NCBI GenBank assembly: GCA_038142325.1
Contig: JAYQJW010000002.1
Span: 843,328 to 907,327, forward strand
Length of the DNA stretch: 64,000 nt
From: Gammaproteobacteria bacterium
Lineage (GTDB): Bacteria; Pseudomonadota; Gammaproteobacteria; GCA-002705445; GCA-002716945
Reading direction: 5' to 3'
Shown here: piece after piece, positions 9,678-19,167 of the stretch
Layout of the letters: every line of letters starts with the position of its first letter
Numbering within the stretch: the first letter of the stretch is position 1
Position numbers and translations under genes: made by a program
Notes under the pieces: generated by a model
What the model saw: only the letters and a program-made list of their open reading frames with translations
What the model was told of the DNA's origin: nothing
Database searches by the model: none

Positions 9678-11526
9678 TGAAAAAATATTAATCAATAATT
9701 ATATAATCATATAAATTTATGACAGAAAAAATCTACTGATTTAAGTGGAGCTATTCAAAATTTAATACATTGTGCATTCACGAATAGCTATGCGAGCGAA
9801 AAACTGAATCCTTTTAATTGTCGGATATTATGAACTTTAAGAAAAATTATACTATTAGATTTACATTTTTCATCGCCTGCATCATTAGAAATCAATTCAA
9901 TCAATAGATAATATTCGATCTATGGAAGGTTTTTCAGATATAGATATCTCTGACATGCATTAAATTGAGCTATCATCAGCTCTATAAGCATAAGTTCTAA
10001 TGGAGGAATTGGGCAAATTAACATCTATTTTCACCAGAGGAACAGAGAGTAATCATACAAAATTTTTACTTGATGGAGTTGAGCTAAATCCAGGAACACT
10101 TGGCTTAGCGCCTATACAAAATATTGCAATTAACACTATTGATAGAGTAGAAATTATAAAAGGATCCTCATCTTCATTATATGGTGCAAACAATTGGGGG
10201 CGTCATAAATATAATTACTAAAAATGATTCTAATTCAATTAAAATTTCATCAGGCTCATGGTCAACAAATGAGGGAACGTTAGTCAAAAGTTTCACCTAA
10301 ATGGATTCAAGATATTCAATTAAGCGTAAATCGGAAAGAGTCTAAATCAATACCAGCAAAAGTTACATCAAATAAAAGGCATTCTATAACAGCGAGAACC
10401 TAATGCTGAATATTAAAAAGGAGATAAATGATTACAAGCTCTTTTCTAATAGTTTTTTAGTTCAAGGAAATACTCAATATGACTCTTTTGGATCTAATTT
10501 AAATCAAGACCATGATGATTATTTTATATGTTAGGCATTACAAATTATATTAATGAGTGACATTTTAGAAATTAAATATACAAAATCTCAAAATAAAATT
10601 ACTCAATCAGCACCCTCTGCCACTGATTTTACTAAAACGCTTAGAGATAAATATGAAATATCATACACAAATAACAAAAGTGTAAATGTTTCAAAATTTG
10701 GTTTCATTTACACAAAAGAACACATGAGTGAACTATCATATGGTACTAGATATATTGCAGATCCAATAATAAAGGAATTATTCGTATCAGAATGATTATA
10801 GTAATGCCTCTTCATTTATAAACTTTGGAGCCCGATTCATTAATCACTCTCAGTTCGGTGATTTTACCTCTGGCAATTTTGGTATATCTTTACTTTCGAT
10901 AATGAAGATGTTTACTCATTTAATATTAATAAATCCTATGAGAGCTCCAGATGCAACAGATTTATATGGCTATGGTGGCAATCCTAATCTACAACCTGAA
11001 GAAGTCTGTATCATATGAATTTGGTGTCAAAAGGTTAATAAATAATCACATTTAGTTTTGCAACTACTTTAAAACAAATTTAAAAAATCTAATTGAGTTC
11101 GATTCTAGCTCAGTTCAGTACGTTGCAAAATCAAAAATAACAGGTATTGAAACGGGTTATAAAATTAACAAATATCCATTTAAATATGACCTATCATATA
11201 CATATATGGTTCCAAGAGATATTAGTAATAATCAGTACTTATCGAAAAGAAGTAAACATAAAATTAATGCAGGTTTTATTTATGAAATAGATAATAACGA
11301 AGTTTATCTTTAAAATTAATTGGTGAGAAGCGGAAGAAAAGCATCTCCATTTTCTACAATTGAACTTGGATCATATTTTATTTTCAATGCTGGCTATAAT
11401 ATTAAGGTTAATAATAATATTTTAAATATTAGTATAAAAAATCTTTTTGATAAAAGTTATAGAAATTCTCATAACTATAATGCTGCAGATAGATCAGTCT
11501 TTCTTACATATAATTATCTTTACTGA
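9677..11526 (+). pseudogene. btuB: TonB-dependent cobalamin receptor (BtuB-like), broken by many indels (decay or assembly error)
   Basis: Plug fragment SIFTRGTESNHT..LDGV..IDRVEIIKG.SSSLYGA; barrel fragment RAPDATDLYGYGGNPNLQPE; C-terminal IKNLFDKSY...RSVFLTYNY. Riboswitch upstream. Confidence 0.8.
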
Positions 11527-11540
11527 TAAACTTGAATAAA

Positions 11541-12059
11541 ATGAATATTTTAGAATAATACTCTTTTTAATAACGACAAGCCTTTTGGTGATATCAAAAC
11601 TTGCAAGTAACTTTACCAATGTATCGCCATTTATTGCATTAGTGATAGTTTCGGCGTATTTCATAGAAAATAAACAACATCTGCTAATTATGGTATTCAT
11701 TTCACAATTGATATCAGACATTTATTTTGGTTTTCACTCATCTAATTTTTGTATATCTATCATATTTTATTATGATATCTATCATTTATATTCACCAGAT
11801 TGAGTTAAGTATAGTCTCAAGTCTAATTAAATCCATCCACTCCAATATTATTTTCTTTTTTGTAAGCAATATTGGACATTTTCTTACATTCAACAACACA
11901 TACTCTTTGACTGAGCTGACAAGACTATTTATACAAGGGATACCATTTGGCTTGAATCTATTTTATTCAACAATATTTTTTGTACTAGTTATTCACGCTA
12001 TACTGGCTGTAAGTAAAATACAGCCAGCATGTGTAAGGAGTGCAAGAAAAATAAATTAG
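11541..12059 (+). CDS. DUF6580-like polytopic membrane protein (putative cobalamin S-component-type transporter), frameshifted
   Basis: Joined fragments give NVSPFIAL, ISD..FGFH, IFFFVSN and GIPF..N...ST, a pattern I recognise from DUF6580 proteins. Directly downstream of btuB. Confidence 0.6.
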
Positions 12060-13263
12060 AACTTGAGTTGGCCACCTGTTTTATATTCAGTAACACGAGT
12101 TTCAAAAAAAATTCTTTTCTTTGTTTAAATCCATCATCTCAGACATCCATTCAAATGGATTGCTAACTCCAGGATATTGATGAGGCAAGCCTATACTTTC
12201 AAGTCTCCTGTTTGCGATGAATTTAATATACTCTTCAAATTTTTGTGCATCCATACCTAGCATAGGTTTTGGCATTGTGTCTCTTCCATACTGTGTTTCA
12301 AGCTCAACGCCTTTTTTGACTATTTCAATCATTTCTTGTTGAAACTCTTCTGTCCAAAGAGTTGGGTTCTCAAGTTTGATTTGATTTATTACGTCAATTC
12401 CAAAGTTCATATGCATAGACTCATCTCTAAGTATGTATTGAAATTGTTGTGATACACCAGTGAGTTTATTTCTTCTTCCTAATGATAAGATTTGGGTAAA
12501 ACCAACATAGAAAAATATTCCCTCAAAGACAACATAAAAAGCAATTAAATCTCTTAATAACCTCTGATCATCTTTATGTGTCCCGGTTTTAAATGTTGGA
12601 TCACCTAAACTTTGTGTGTATGGAAGTGCCCACTCAGCTTTCGTAGCAACAGCGGGAAGTTCTCTGATACATGTTAAATATTCTAGCTTCATCCAATCCG
12701 AGTGACTGAACACAATATTGATAAGCGTGTGTATGAATTGCTTCTTCAAATGCTTGGCGTAATAGGTATTGTCTACATTCAGGATTAGTTATATGTTTGT
12801 AGACAGCAAGAACTAGATTATTTGCAACTAATGAGTCTGCAGTAGAGAAGAAGCCTAGGTTTCTCTCCACCATTTCTCTTTCTTCAGGCCTTAATGCTTG
12901 AGGATCATTCCAACACTTAATATCATCGTGCATTGGTATCTCTTCTGGCATCCAATGATTAGCAGATCCATCAAGATACTTTTGCCATGCCCATTTATAC
13001 TTAAATGGTACAAGTTGATTTAAATCAGCTCGACAATTGATAATAGCCTTATCGTCTACCTGAATACGTTTTGCGCCATGTTCAATGTTTTCCATGCCAG
13101 TTGAACCTACACCGCTTGCATCAGCCTCTGGTAAATGTTCGATGTTTGTAGCTTCTGTAATCTGATTACTTACGCTTTCAAATTTTTGCGTTTGTATTTT
13201 TTTCTCTGGCACTATGTCTGGTTTACTTAGTGCGTCATTTATAGGGTCATCCCAGTTATACAT
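12056..13263 (-). CDS. nrdB: Class Ia ribonucleotide reductase beta subunit (apparent frameshifts at about 12665 and 12105)
   Basis: [18 protein letters not shown] (radical Tyr retained), [21 protein letters not shown] continues in another frame as [15 protein letters not shown]. Confidence 0.95.
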
Positions 13264-13274
13264 AATATCTCCTT

Positions 13275-13403
13275 TTAATTTTTTTCAGCTTCTCTAATAA
13301 GCTCTATTCTTTCGTTTTCTAATTTTTTTAGTTTCATAATCACAAATATAGTTGCTATTACTCCAATTAAATAAACAACAACATCTGGTATATAAAAATT
13401 CAT
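13275..13403 (-). CDS. Unannotated 42-aa single-TM microprotein [42 protein letters not shown]
   Basis: ATG overlaps the nrdA stop (TAATG). The ORF fills the nrdA-nrdB gap and its stop abuts the nrdB RBS (AAGGAG). Hydrophobic 16-mer followed by KLKK. Confidence 0.65.
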   Translation of the reverse strand: MNFYIPDVVVYLIGVIATIFVIMKLKKLENERIELIREAEKN

Positions 13404-16255
13404 TATTGGCAAGCCTCACAATCTGGATCATCAATCAAACATTGTTTAACTTCAGTTGATTGTGATTTTACTGCATTCAAATTTGAACCACTATTATCTG
13501 AAGTGCTTTTCTCTACGTGTGTTGCACCAAGTGATCTTAAATAATAAGTAGTTTTGAGACCTCTTATCCAAGCAAGCTTGTAAGCACTATCAAGTTTCTT
13601 TCCATCGGTATCTGGTATGTATAGGTTTAGCGATTGTGATAGATCTATCCACTTTTGTCTTCGTGCAGCTGCCTCAACTAACCATCGAGTATCAATTTCA
13701 AAACATGTTGAGTACATAGCTTTTAAATCATCAGGTACTCGATTAATGGGTTGCAGTTGTCCATCAAAATATTTCAAATCTTTTATCATCACCTCATCCC
13801 AAAGATCACGCTCTTTTAGATCTTTAATTAAGTAAGGATTAATCACTGTAAACTCACCTGAGAGATTCGACTTAACATATAAATTTTGATAAGTGGGCTC
13901 AATAGATTGAGATACTCCGCATATGTTTGAGATAGTTGCTGTTGGCGCAATCGCAAGCGTATTAGAATTTCTTATACCATGTTTTTTTATGCTCTCTCTT
14001 AGCTCATCCCATTTAAGAGTTTCATCTAAGTTAACGTCTAAATATTTTCCACGCACTTCTTTAAGTTTTTTAAGACTATCTATTGGTAGTACTCCTTGAC
14101 TCCAAAGGGAACCATCAAATGTTTCATATGCGCCCCTTTCTTTGGCTAATTCCATAGAAGCTTCTATAGCAAAATAACTTACGTATTCCATGCTTCGATC
14201 AGCGAAATCAACCGCCTCTTCAGATTCATAAGGCACCCTTATTTTATATAGAGCATCTTGGAACCCCATAATACCCATACCAACAGGCCTATGTTTTAAG
14301 TTTGAATTTTTAGCTTTATCAACACTGTAGTAATTATATTCGATAACGTTATCAAGCATTCTCATCGCTGTAGTAATCGTTGCTTTTAATTTTTTAGTGT
14401 TAATTTTTCCATCATCTGTTATGTGTGCAGCAAGATTGACCGAACCTAAGTTACATACAGCAATCTCGTCTTTAGATGTGTTAAGAGTAATTTCAGTACA
14501 TAGATTAGAAGAATGAACCACGCCCTTATGCTGTTGTGGTGATCTAATATTACAAGGGTCTTTAAATGTAATCCAAGGATGTCCTGTTTCAAATAGCATG
14601 CTGAGTATTTTTCTCCAAATATCAACTGCATTAACAGTTTTGAAATTTTTTATCACACCTGACTTTGCTAATTCTTCATATTCAGTATATTTTTCTTCGA
14701 ACTCTAAACCATATAAATCATGGAGATCTGGTGTATCTGATGGTGAGAACAATGTCCACTCTTCATTTGAGTGAACTCGTTTCATAAATAAATCAGGAAT
14801 CCAATTCGCTGTATTCATGTCATGCGTTCTTCTACGTTCGTCTCCAGTATTTTTTCTAAGCTCAAGAAACTGTTCTATATCAAGATGCCAGGTCTCCAAA
14901 TATGCGCACATTGCACCTTTTCTTTTACCTCCTTGATTAACAGCTACTGCAGTATCGTTTGCAACTTTGAGAAATGGAATTACTCCCTGACTTTTTCCAT
15001 TTGTGCCTTTAATATATGAACCGAGCGCTCTTACTTGAGACCAGTCATTACCTAAGCCGCCTGCAAATTTTGATAGCATTGCATCGTCGCTTATACCTTC
15101 AAAAATTCCACGAAGATCATCTGGCAAAGTAGAAAGATAGCATGATGAAAGTTGCGGTTTGAGAGTAGCCGAATTAAACAATGTTGGAGTGCTAGACATA
15201 AAATCAAATGATGATAATAATTTATAAAACTCTACTGATCTTTCTTCTCTATCATCTTCATTAATTGCAAGTCCCATTGCAACTCTCATAAAGAATGCTT
15301 GAGATAGCTCAAACCTTGTCTCATTATGATGAATAAAATATCTATCATATAATGTTTGAAGTCCTAGATAGGTAAACTGCATATCTCTTGATAAATCGAT
15401 ATTTTTAGCAAGCTTATCTAAATCATAATTTAATAGTTCTGAATCTAAATGTTTTAGCTCAACGCCTTTTTTGATGTAGCTTTTAAAATACTCGCCATAA
15501 GATTTTTTCAGCGCACTCATGCTTACATCAGATGTATCTAATCCTAAGAAAGAGTAAGCTTCCTCTGTCATAGAATGAGACAATAATCTTGCAAGAACAT
15601 AAGAATAATTTGGATCTTTTTCTATAAGCGGTCTAACTGAAATCAAAATTGAATCAGAAAGATCAGATTTTTTAATTCCGTCATATATATTTTTATCAAT
15701 CGTATCAAAAATTAAATCTTCGGAGACATCATCAATACCCGAACAGCTCTCTGAGATAATTTTTCTTAAACTTACAAAATCAATTGGGCTTGTTGATCCA
15801 TCATCAAGAATCATATTTTTAGAAATTGGCATGTCATCAGTTTGTTCAACACCAAGTTTTCTCGCTTTAGCTCTATCTTCTCTATAAATTACATAAGCTC
15901 TAGCAACGTCTTGATAGCCTGCTCGCATAATTGCCAGCTCCACTTGATCTTGAATGTCTTCTATATGTACAACTCCGCCATTTGGAAACCTTCTTCGAAT
16001 AGTTTGATCAACTTTATCTGTTAAATTCTCAACTTCGTTGTGAATTCTAGATGACGCAGCAGCACTACTACCTTCCACGCTTAAAAAAGCTTTGGTCATC
16101 GCTAGTACTATTTTATGAGGATCGTATGCTGTGACCTTACCGTTACGTCTCATGACCCGATGTCTTCCTGGTACAGGCTCAAGATGAGCTTGCTCTTCAC
16201 TGGCAGTGCTATTTAAAGGCGTTTCTATATTAATTTCTTCCATTTCTTTTGACAT
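13403..16255 (-). CDS. nrdA: Class Ia ribonucleotide reductase alpha subunit with one clear and one degenerate N-terminal ATP cone
   Basis: VMRRNG cone, STPTLFN, QLSSCYL, SNLCTEI, AIAPTAT, KTTYY, C-terminal CEACQ. Confidence 0.97.
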   Translation of the reverse strand: MSKEMEEINIETPLNSTASEEQAHLEPVPGRHRVMRRNGKVTAYDPHKIVLAMTKAFLSVEGSSAAASSRIHNEVENLTDKVDQTIRRRFPNGGVVHIEDIQDQVELAIMRAGYQDVARAYVIYREDRAKARKLGVEQTDDMPISKNMILDDGSTSPIDFVSLRKIISESCSGIDDVSEDLIFDTIDKNIYDGIKKSDLSDSILISVRPLIEKDPNYSYVLARLLSHSMTEEAYSFLGLDTSDVSMSALKKSYGEYFKSYIKKGVELKHLDSELLNYDLDKLAKNIDLSRDMQFTYLGLQTLYDRYFIHHNETRFELSQAFFMRVAMGLAINEDDREERSVEFYKLLSSFDFMSSTPTLFNSATLKPQLSSCYLSTLPDDLRGIFEGISDDAMLSKFAGGLGNDWSQVRALGSYIKGTNGKSQGVIPFLKVANDTAVAVNQGGKRKGAMCAYLETWHLDIEQFLELRKNTGDERRRTHDMNTANWIPDLFMKRVHSNEEWTLFSPSDTPDLHDLYGLEFEEKYTEYEELAKSGVIKNFKTVNAVDIWRKILSMLFETGHPWITFKDPCNIRSPQQHKGVVHSSNLCTEITLNTSKDEIAVCNLGSVNLAAHITDDGKINTKKLKATITTAMRMLDNVIEYNYYSVDKAKNSNLKHRPVGMGIMGFQDALYKIRVPYESEEAVDFADRSMEYVSYFAIEASMELAKERGAYETFDGSLWSQGVLPIDSLKKLKEVRGKYLDVNLDETLKWDELRESIKKHGIRNSNTLAIAPTATISNICGVSQSIEPTYQNLYVKSNLSGEFTVINPYLIKDLKERDLWDEVMIKDLKYFDGQLQPINRVPDDLKAMYSTCFEIDTRWLVEAAARRQKWIDLSQSLNLYIPDTDGKKLDSAYKLAWIRGLKTTYYLRSLGATHVEKSTSDNSGSNLNAVKSQSTEVKQCLIDDPDCEACQ

Positions 16256-16294
16256 AAATTTCTCTGGTTTGAGATGTTATGACATTAATTATAT

Positions 16295-16341
16295 CACCAA
16301 ATATTGTGGTTTGATAACATTAAAAACACTATATGTTGTGT
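16295..16341. promoter_or_regulatory. Tandem NrdR boxes
   Basis: CACCAAATATTGTGGT (16295-16310) and ACACTATATGTTGTGT (16326-16341) match acaCwAtATaTwGtg, 31 bp apart, upstream of nrdA. Confidence 0.88.
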
Positions 16342-16359
16342 TTAAGTCTGTTAGGAGCT

Positions 16360-16368
16360 TGTGGATAA
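16360..16368 (-). promoter_or_regulatory. DnaA box in the nrdA promoter
   Basis: TGTGGATAA on +, i.e. a perfect TTATCCACA, just upstream of the NrdR boxes. Confidence 0.7.
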
Positions 16369-16422
16369 GTTGTGAATTTGTTGAATTTGCTTGTATATAA
16401 GATTATGGAAATATACTTATAG

Positions 16423-17790
16423 TTACATCAGAAATGTTGCTATTCCCAACAAAGATACAAAACCGACAACATCAGTGATGGTGGTCAAAATAACCCCACC
16501 TGCCAGAGCAGGATCAATATCAAGTTTTTCTAAAATAAGCGGTAAACTCACACCGCTAATCGCACCGATGATAAGATTGATCATTATAGCTGCAGCAATA
16601 ACCCCGCCTAAAAATAAACTTTCAAACCAAAGATATACAATGGATGCAATTACAGCTGACCATATGACACCATTTAGTAACCCAATTGCAGATTCTTTTA
16701 AGATAAGTAGTTTTGAGTTTGAAGAACCTATTTGATCAAGCGCTTGTGCTCTAATGACGAGCGCAAGACTTTGACTTCCTGCAATGCCTCCCATACTTGC
16801 AACAATTGGCATTAGAATTGCCAGTGCTACAACTTTCTCAATAGTAGCTTCAAATATGCCTATAGCAGCTGCAGCTAAAAGTGCTGTTAGAAAATTAGCA
16901 CCCAGCCATAATGTGCGTCTTTTTGTACTTTGAATGACAGGCGCAAAAATATCATCATCTTTTTTAAGACCAGCCATATTCAAAACACTCTCATCTACCT
17001 CTTCTCTGATAACATCGACAACATCATCGACTGTAATCCTACCAAGTAAGAAGCCTTGATTATCTACAACCGCTGCTGATACAAGATCTGCATTTTCAAA
17101 TCTTCTAGATACTTCATGTTCATCAATATCTGGATCAATGGGGTCATCATCTTTTTGCATAATTTGGAAAACATATTTTGAAGGATCTGCAACAAGAACA
17201 TCTTTAACAGAAACGTAACCGTGATAGAAGTTAAGTCTATCAGTTACAAAGATTTTATCTGTTTGATCGGGCAAACTTTTCATGCGTCTTAGATAGTGAA
17301 GGAGGACATCAACTGTGACATTACTTCTAATTGTAATAGTATCGGTATTCATTAGCCCGCCTGCTGTACCATCTTCGAATGACAATACTTTCTCAAGCCT
17401 ATCTTGATTTTGCTTGGTTAAACTTTTAATCGCTTTACTAGTAAGATGCTTTGGAAGCGATTGAATAATATCTGCTAAATCATCTGTATCAAGCTTTTCT
17501 GCAATTTTGACTAAACCTTCTGTTCCGTCTTTATCAATAAGCTCATCTATTAAATATTCCCTAACCTCATCATTGAGCTCTGCTAAAGTTTCACCTTTGT
17601 TTTCATCTGTGACTAGAGTCCATAAAAGATCTCTTCTATTTCTAGGAGTACTTTCAATAACATCAGCTATCTCAGATGGGTAAAGAGAATTCAATAAATT
17701 TTTAGCTTTGATGACAGCGCCGCTATCAAGAACTTCAGATAACTGATCGAGAGTAACAGTATTCTCATTGTTAATGCTTTCTGCAGGCAT
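16423..17790 (-). CDS. mgtE: Magnesium transporter MgtE
   Basis: TAGGLM, CBS pair with GRITVDDVVDV, PIVASMGGIAGSQ, DPALAGGVILTTITDVVG. Confidence 0.95.
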   Translation of the reverse strand: MPAESINNENTVTLDQLSEVLDSGAVIKAKNLLNSLYPSEIADVIESTPRNRRDLLWTLVTDENKGETLAELNDEVREYLIDELIDKDGTEGLVKIAEKLDTDDLADIIQSLPKHLTSKAIKSLTKQNQDRLEKVLSFEDGTAGGLMNTDTITIRSNVTVDVLLHYLRRMKSLPDQTDKIFVTDRLNFYHGYVSVKDVLVADPSKYVFQIMQKDDDPIDPDIDEHEVSRRFENADLVSAAVVDNQGFLLGRITVDDVVDVIREEVDESVLNMAGLKKDDDIFAPVIQSTKRRTLWLGANFLTALLAAAAIGIFEATIEKVVALAILMPIVASMGGIAGSQSLALVIRAQALDQIGSSNSKLLILKESAIGLLNGVIWSAVIASIVYLWFESLFLGGVIAAAIMINLIIGAISGVSLPLILEKLDIDPALAGGVILTTITDVVGFVSLLGIATFLM

Positions 17791-17961
17791 TGTAACTGAC
17801 CTCTCTTTTGTTATTAATTTCTACATGTTCTTAATTATAAGATACCACAAAACACCCTACTTTTGTAAGTAAGGTCTGTATATATATGATTTAGATGAAA
17901 AATCTTAATAAGTAATAACTAACTAATTATTACTAATACAGAAGATGTGTTTTTAATTTTA

Positions 17962-18330
17962 CTAAAATTTCCATTTGGTCTTGATTTCAATCTTATGCGA
18001 ATTTTTGGCATTGTGATTCTCTAGCCCTTCCCACTTTCCTTTCCAAGAAAATGCATCGGTAATTTTTTTACTGAATCCAAACTCATATGATTTTCCTGCA
18101 ACTCCATCAAAGATATCTTTTCCATGGCTAACAGATTCTGCTGCACCAATTTCGCCATATAGCTTTAAGCCACCTTCTGTTTTCCAAGAATGACCAAATC
18201 TTATATGATTGATAGTACTGCTGTAATCTGTATCTTTCATTTTAAATTCATGCTTAGTCATTAAATATGGTCCTGCAAAGACAGAATTTGAAATTAAGAA
18301 AACTAGCAATAAAGTAAATATATTTTTCAT
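17962..18330 (-). CDS. Small secreted beta-strand (outer-membrane-type) protein downstream of phoB
   Basis: Strong RBS (AAGGGAG), 19-aa signal peptide ending VFA, about six amphipathic strands, C-terminal WKF. Confidence 0.8.
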   Translation of the reverse strand: MKNIFTLLLVFLISNSVFAGPYLMTKHEFKMKDTDYSSTINHIRFGHSWKTEGGLKLYGEIGAAESVSHGKDIFDGVAGKSYEFGFSKKITDAFSWKGKWEGLENHNAKNSHKIEIKTKWKF

Positions 18331-18451
18331 GTTGACTCCCTTTTTGTCTAAACAGAGATCTCACAAAGATTCTGTTATTTCAATAGCACTAACAATACAA
18401 GTTCATTATTATGATTTTAGTAAAGATAAATGAAATATTTATAGTAGAAAT

Positions 18452-18469
18452 ATTTCAGTTTTATGAATT
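18452..18469 (-). promoter_or_regulatory. Possible Pho box upstream of the small beta-strand protein gene
   Basis: Minus strand AATTCAT-AAAA-CTGAAAT, a partial match to CTGTCAT-AAAA-CTGTCAT. Confidence 0.35.
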
Positions 18470-18477
18470 TTTACTAA

Positions 18478-19167
18478 TCAAGCTTCAATGTCTAAAGAAT
18501 ATCCTGAAGATCTTATTGTTCTGATTACTTTGCATTCCTCAGTCGTACTCAAAGCTTGGCGTAATCTCCTAATATGTACATCTATAGTTCTGTCTGATAC
18601 ATAGACATTAGTTCCCCAGACTGAATCAAGGATTTGTTGCCTTGTAAAAACTCGACCTGGTTTTTTCATTAGAAATTCTAATATGCTGTATTCTCTAGGA
18701 CCTAATTTCGCCTCTTTATTACAACAATATACTCTGTGAGTATCTGTATTCATCTTTATGTTTTCAAATTCTAGAATACTTTCTTTATTTTTATTTTTAC
18801 TTCTTCTCAATAAAGCATTTATTCTTGCAATCAACTCTTTTGGACTAAATGGTTTTGATAAATAATCATCACATCCAATATTTAGACCTGATACCAAATC
18901 ACCCTCTTCACCTTTTGCGGTAAGCATTATAATAGGAGTTTCTGATAAACTTTCATGACTTCTAATAAATTTACAAATCTCTGTACCAGGTTGATCGGGA
19001 AGCATCCAATCTAATAATATTAAATCTGGTTTAACTTTTTGTATATCAATCATCCCCTGATAAGCTGTGCTCGCATGATAGAAATCATACCCAGAAGACT
19101 TAATATTATATTCAAGAAGAGATACTAAAGATTCTTCATCCTCCACAGAGAAGATTTTAGCTGTCAT
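18478..19167 (-). CDS. phoB: Phosphate regulon response regulator
   Basis: LLDWMLP receiver, IIMLTAKGEE, winged-helix DRTIDVHIRRLR; pst context. Confidence 0.93.
   Translation of the reverse strand: MTAKIFSVEDEESLVSLLEYNIKSSGYDFYHASTAYQGMIDIQKVKPDLILLDWMLPDQPGTEICKFIRSHESLSETPIIMLTAKGEEGDLVSGLNIGCDDYLSKPFSPKELIARINALLRRSKNKNKESILEFENIKMNTDTHRVYCCNKEAKLGPREYSILEFLMKKPGRVFTRQQILDSVWGTNVYVSDRTIDVHIRRLRQALSTTEECKVIRTIRSSGYSLDIEA

Noticed and set aside
12056-13263. Class Ic (Mn/Fe) RNR beta subunit
   Set aside because: It keeps the Asp ligand (TADSL) and the radical Tyr (HTHAY), so it is class Ia.
13403-16255. Intein or intron explaining the 950-aa NrdA
   Set aside because: The extra length is the N-terminal ATP-cone region; the catalytic motifs are contiguous and I see no splice motifs.
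16360-16380. Replication origin suggested by the DnaA box
   Set aside because: Only one perfect box in a short promoter region, consistent with nrdA regulation.
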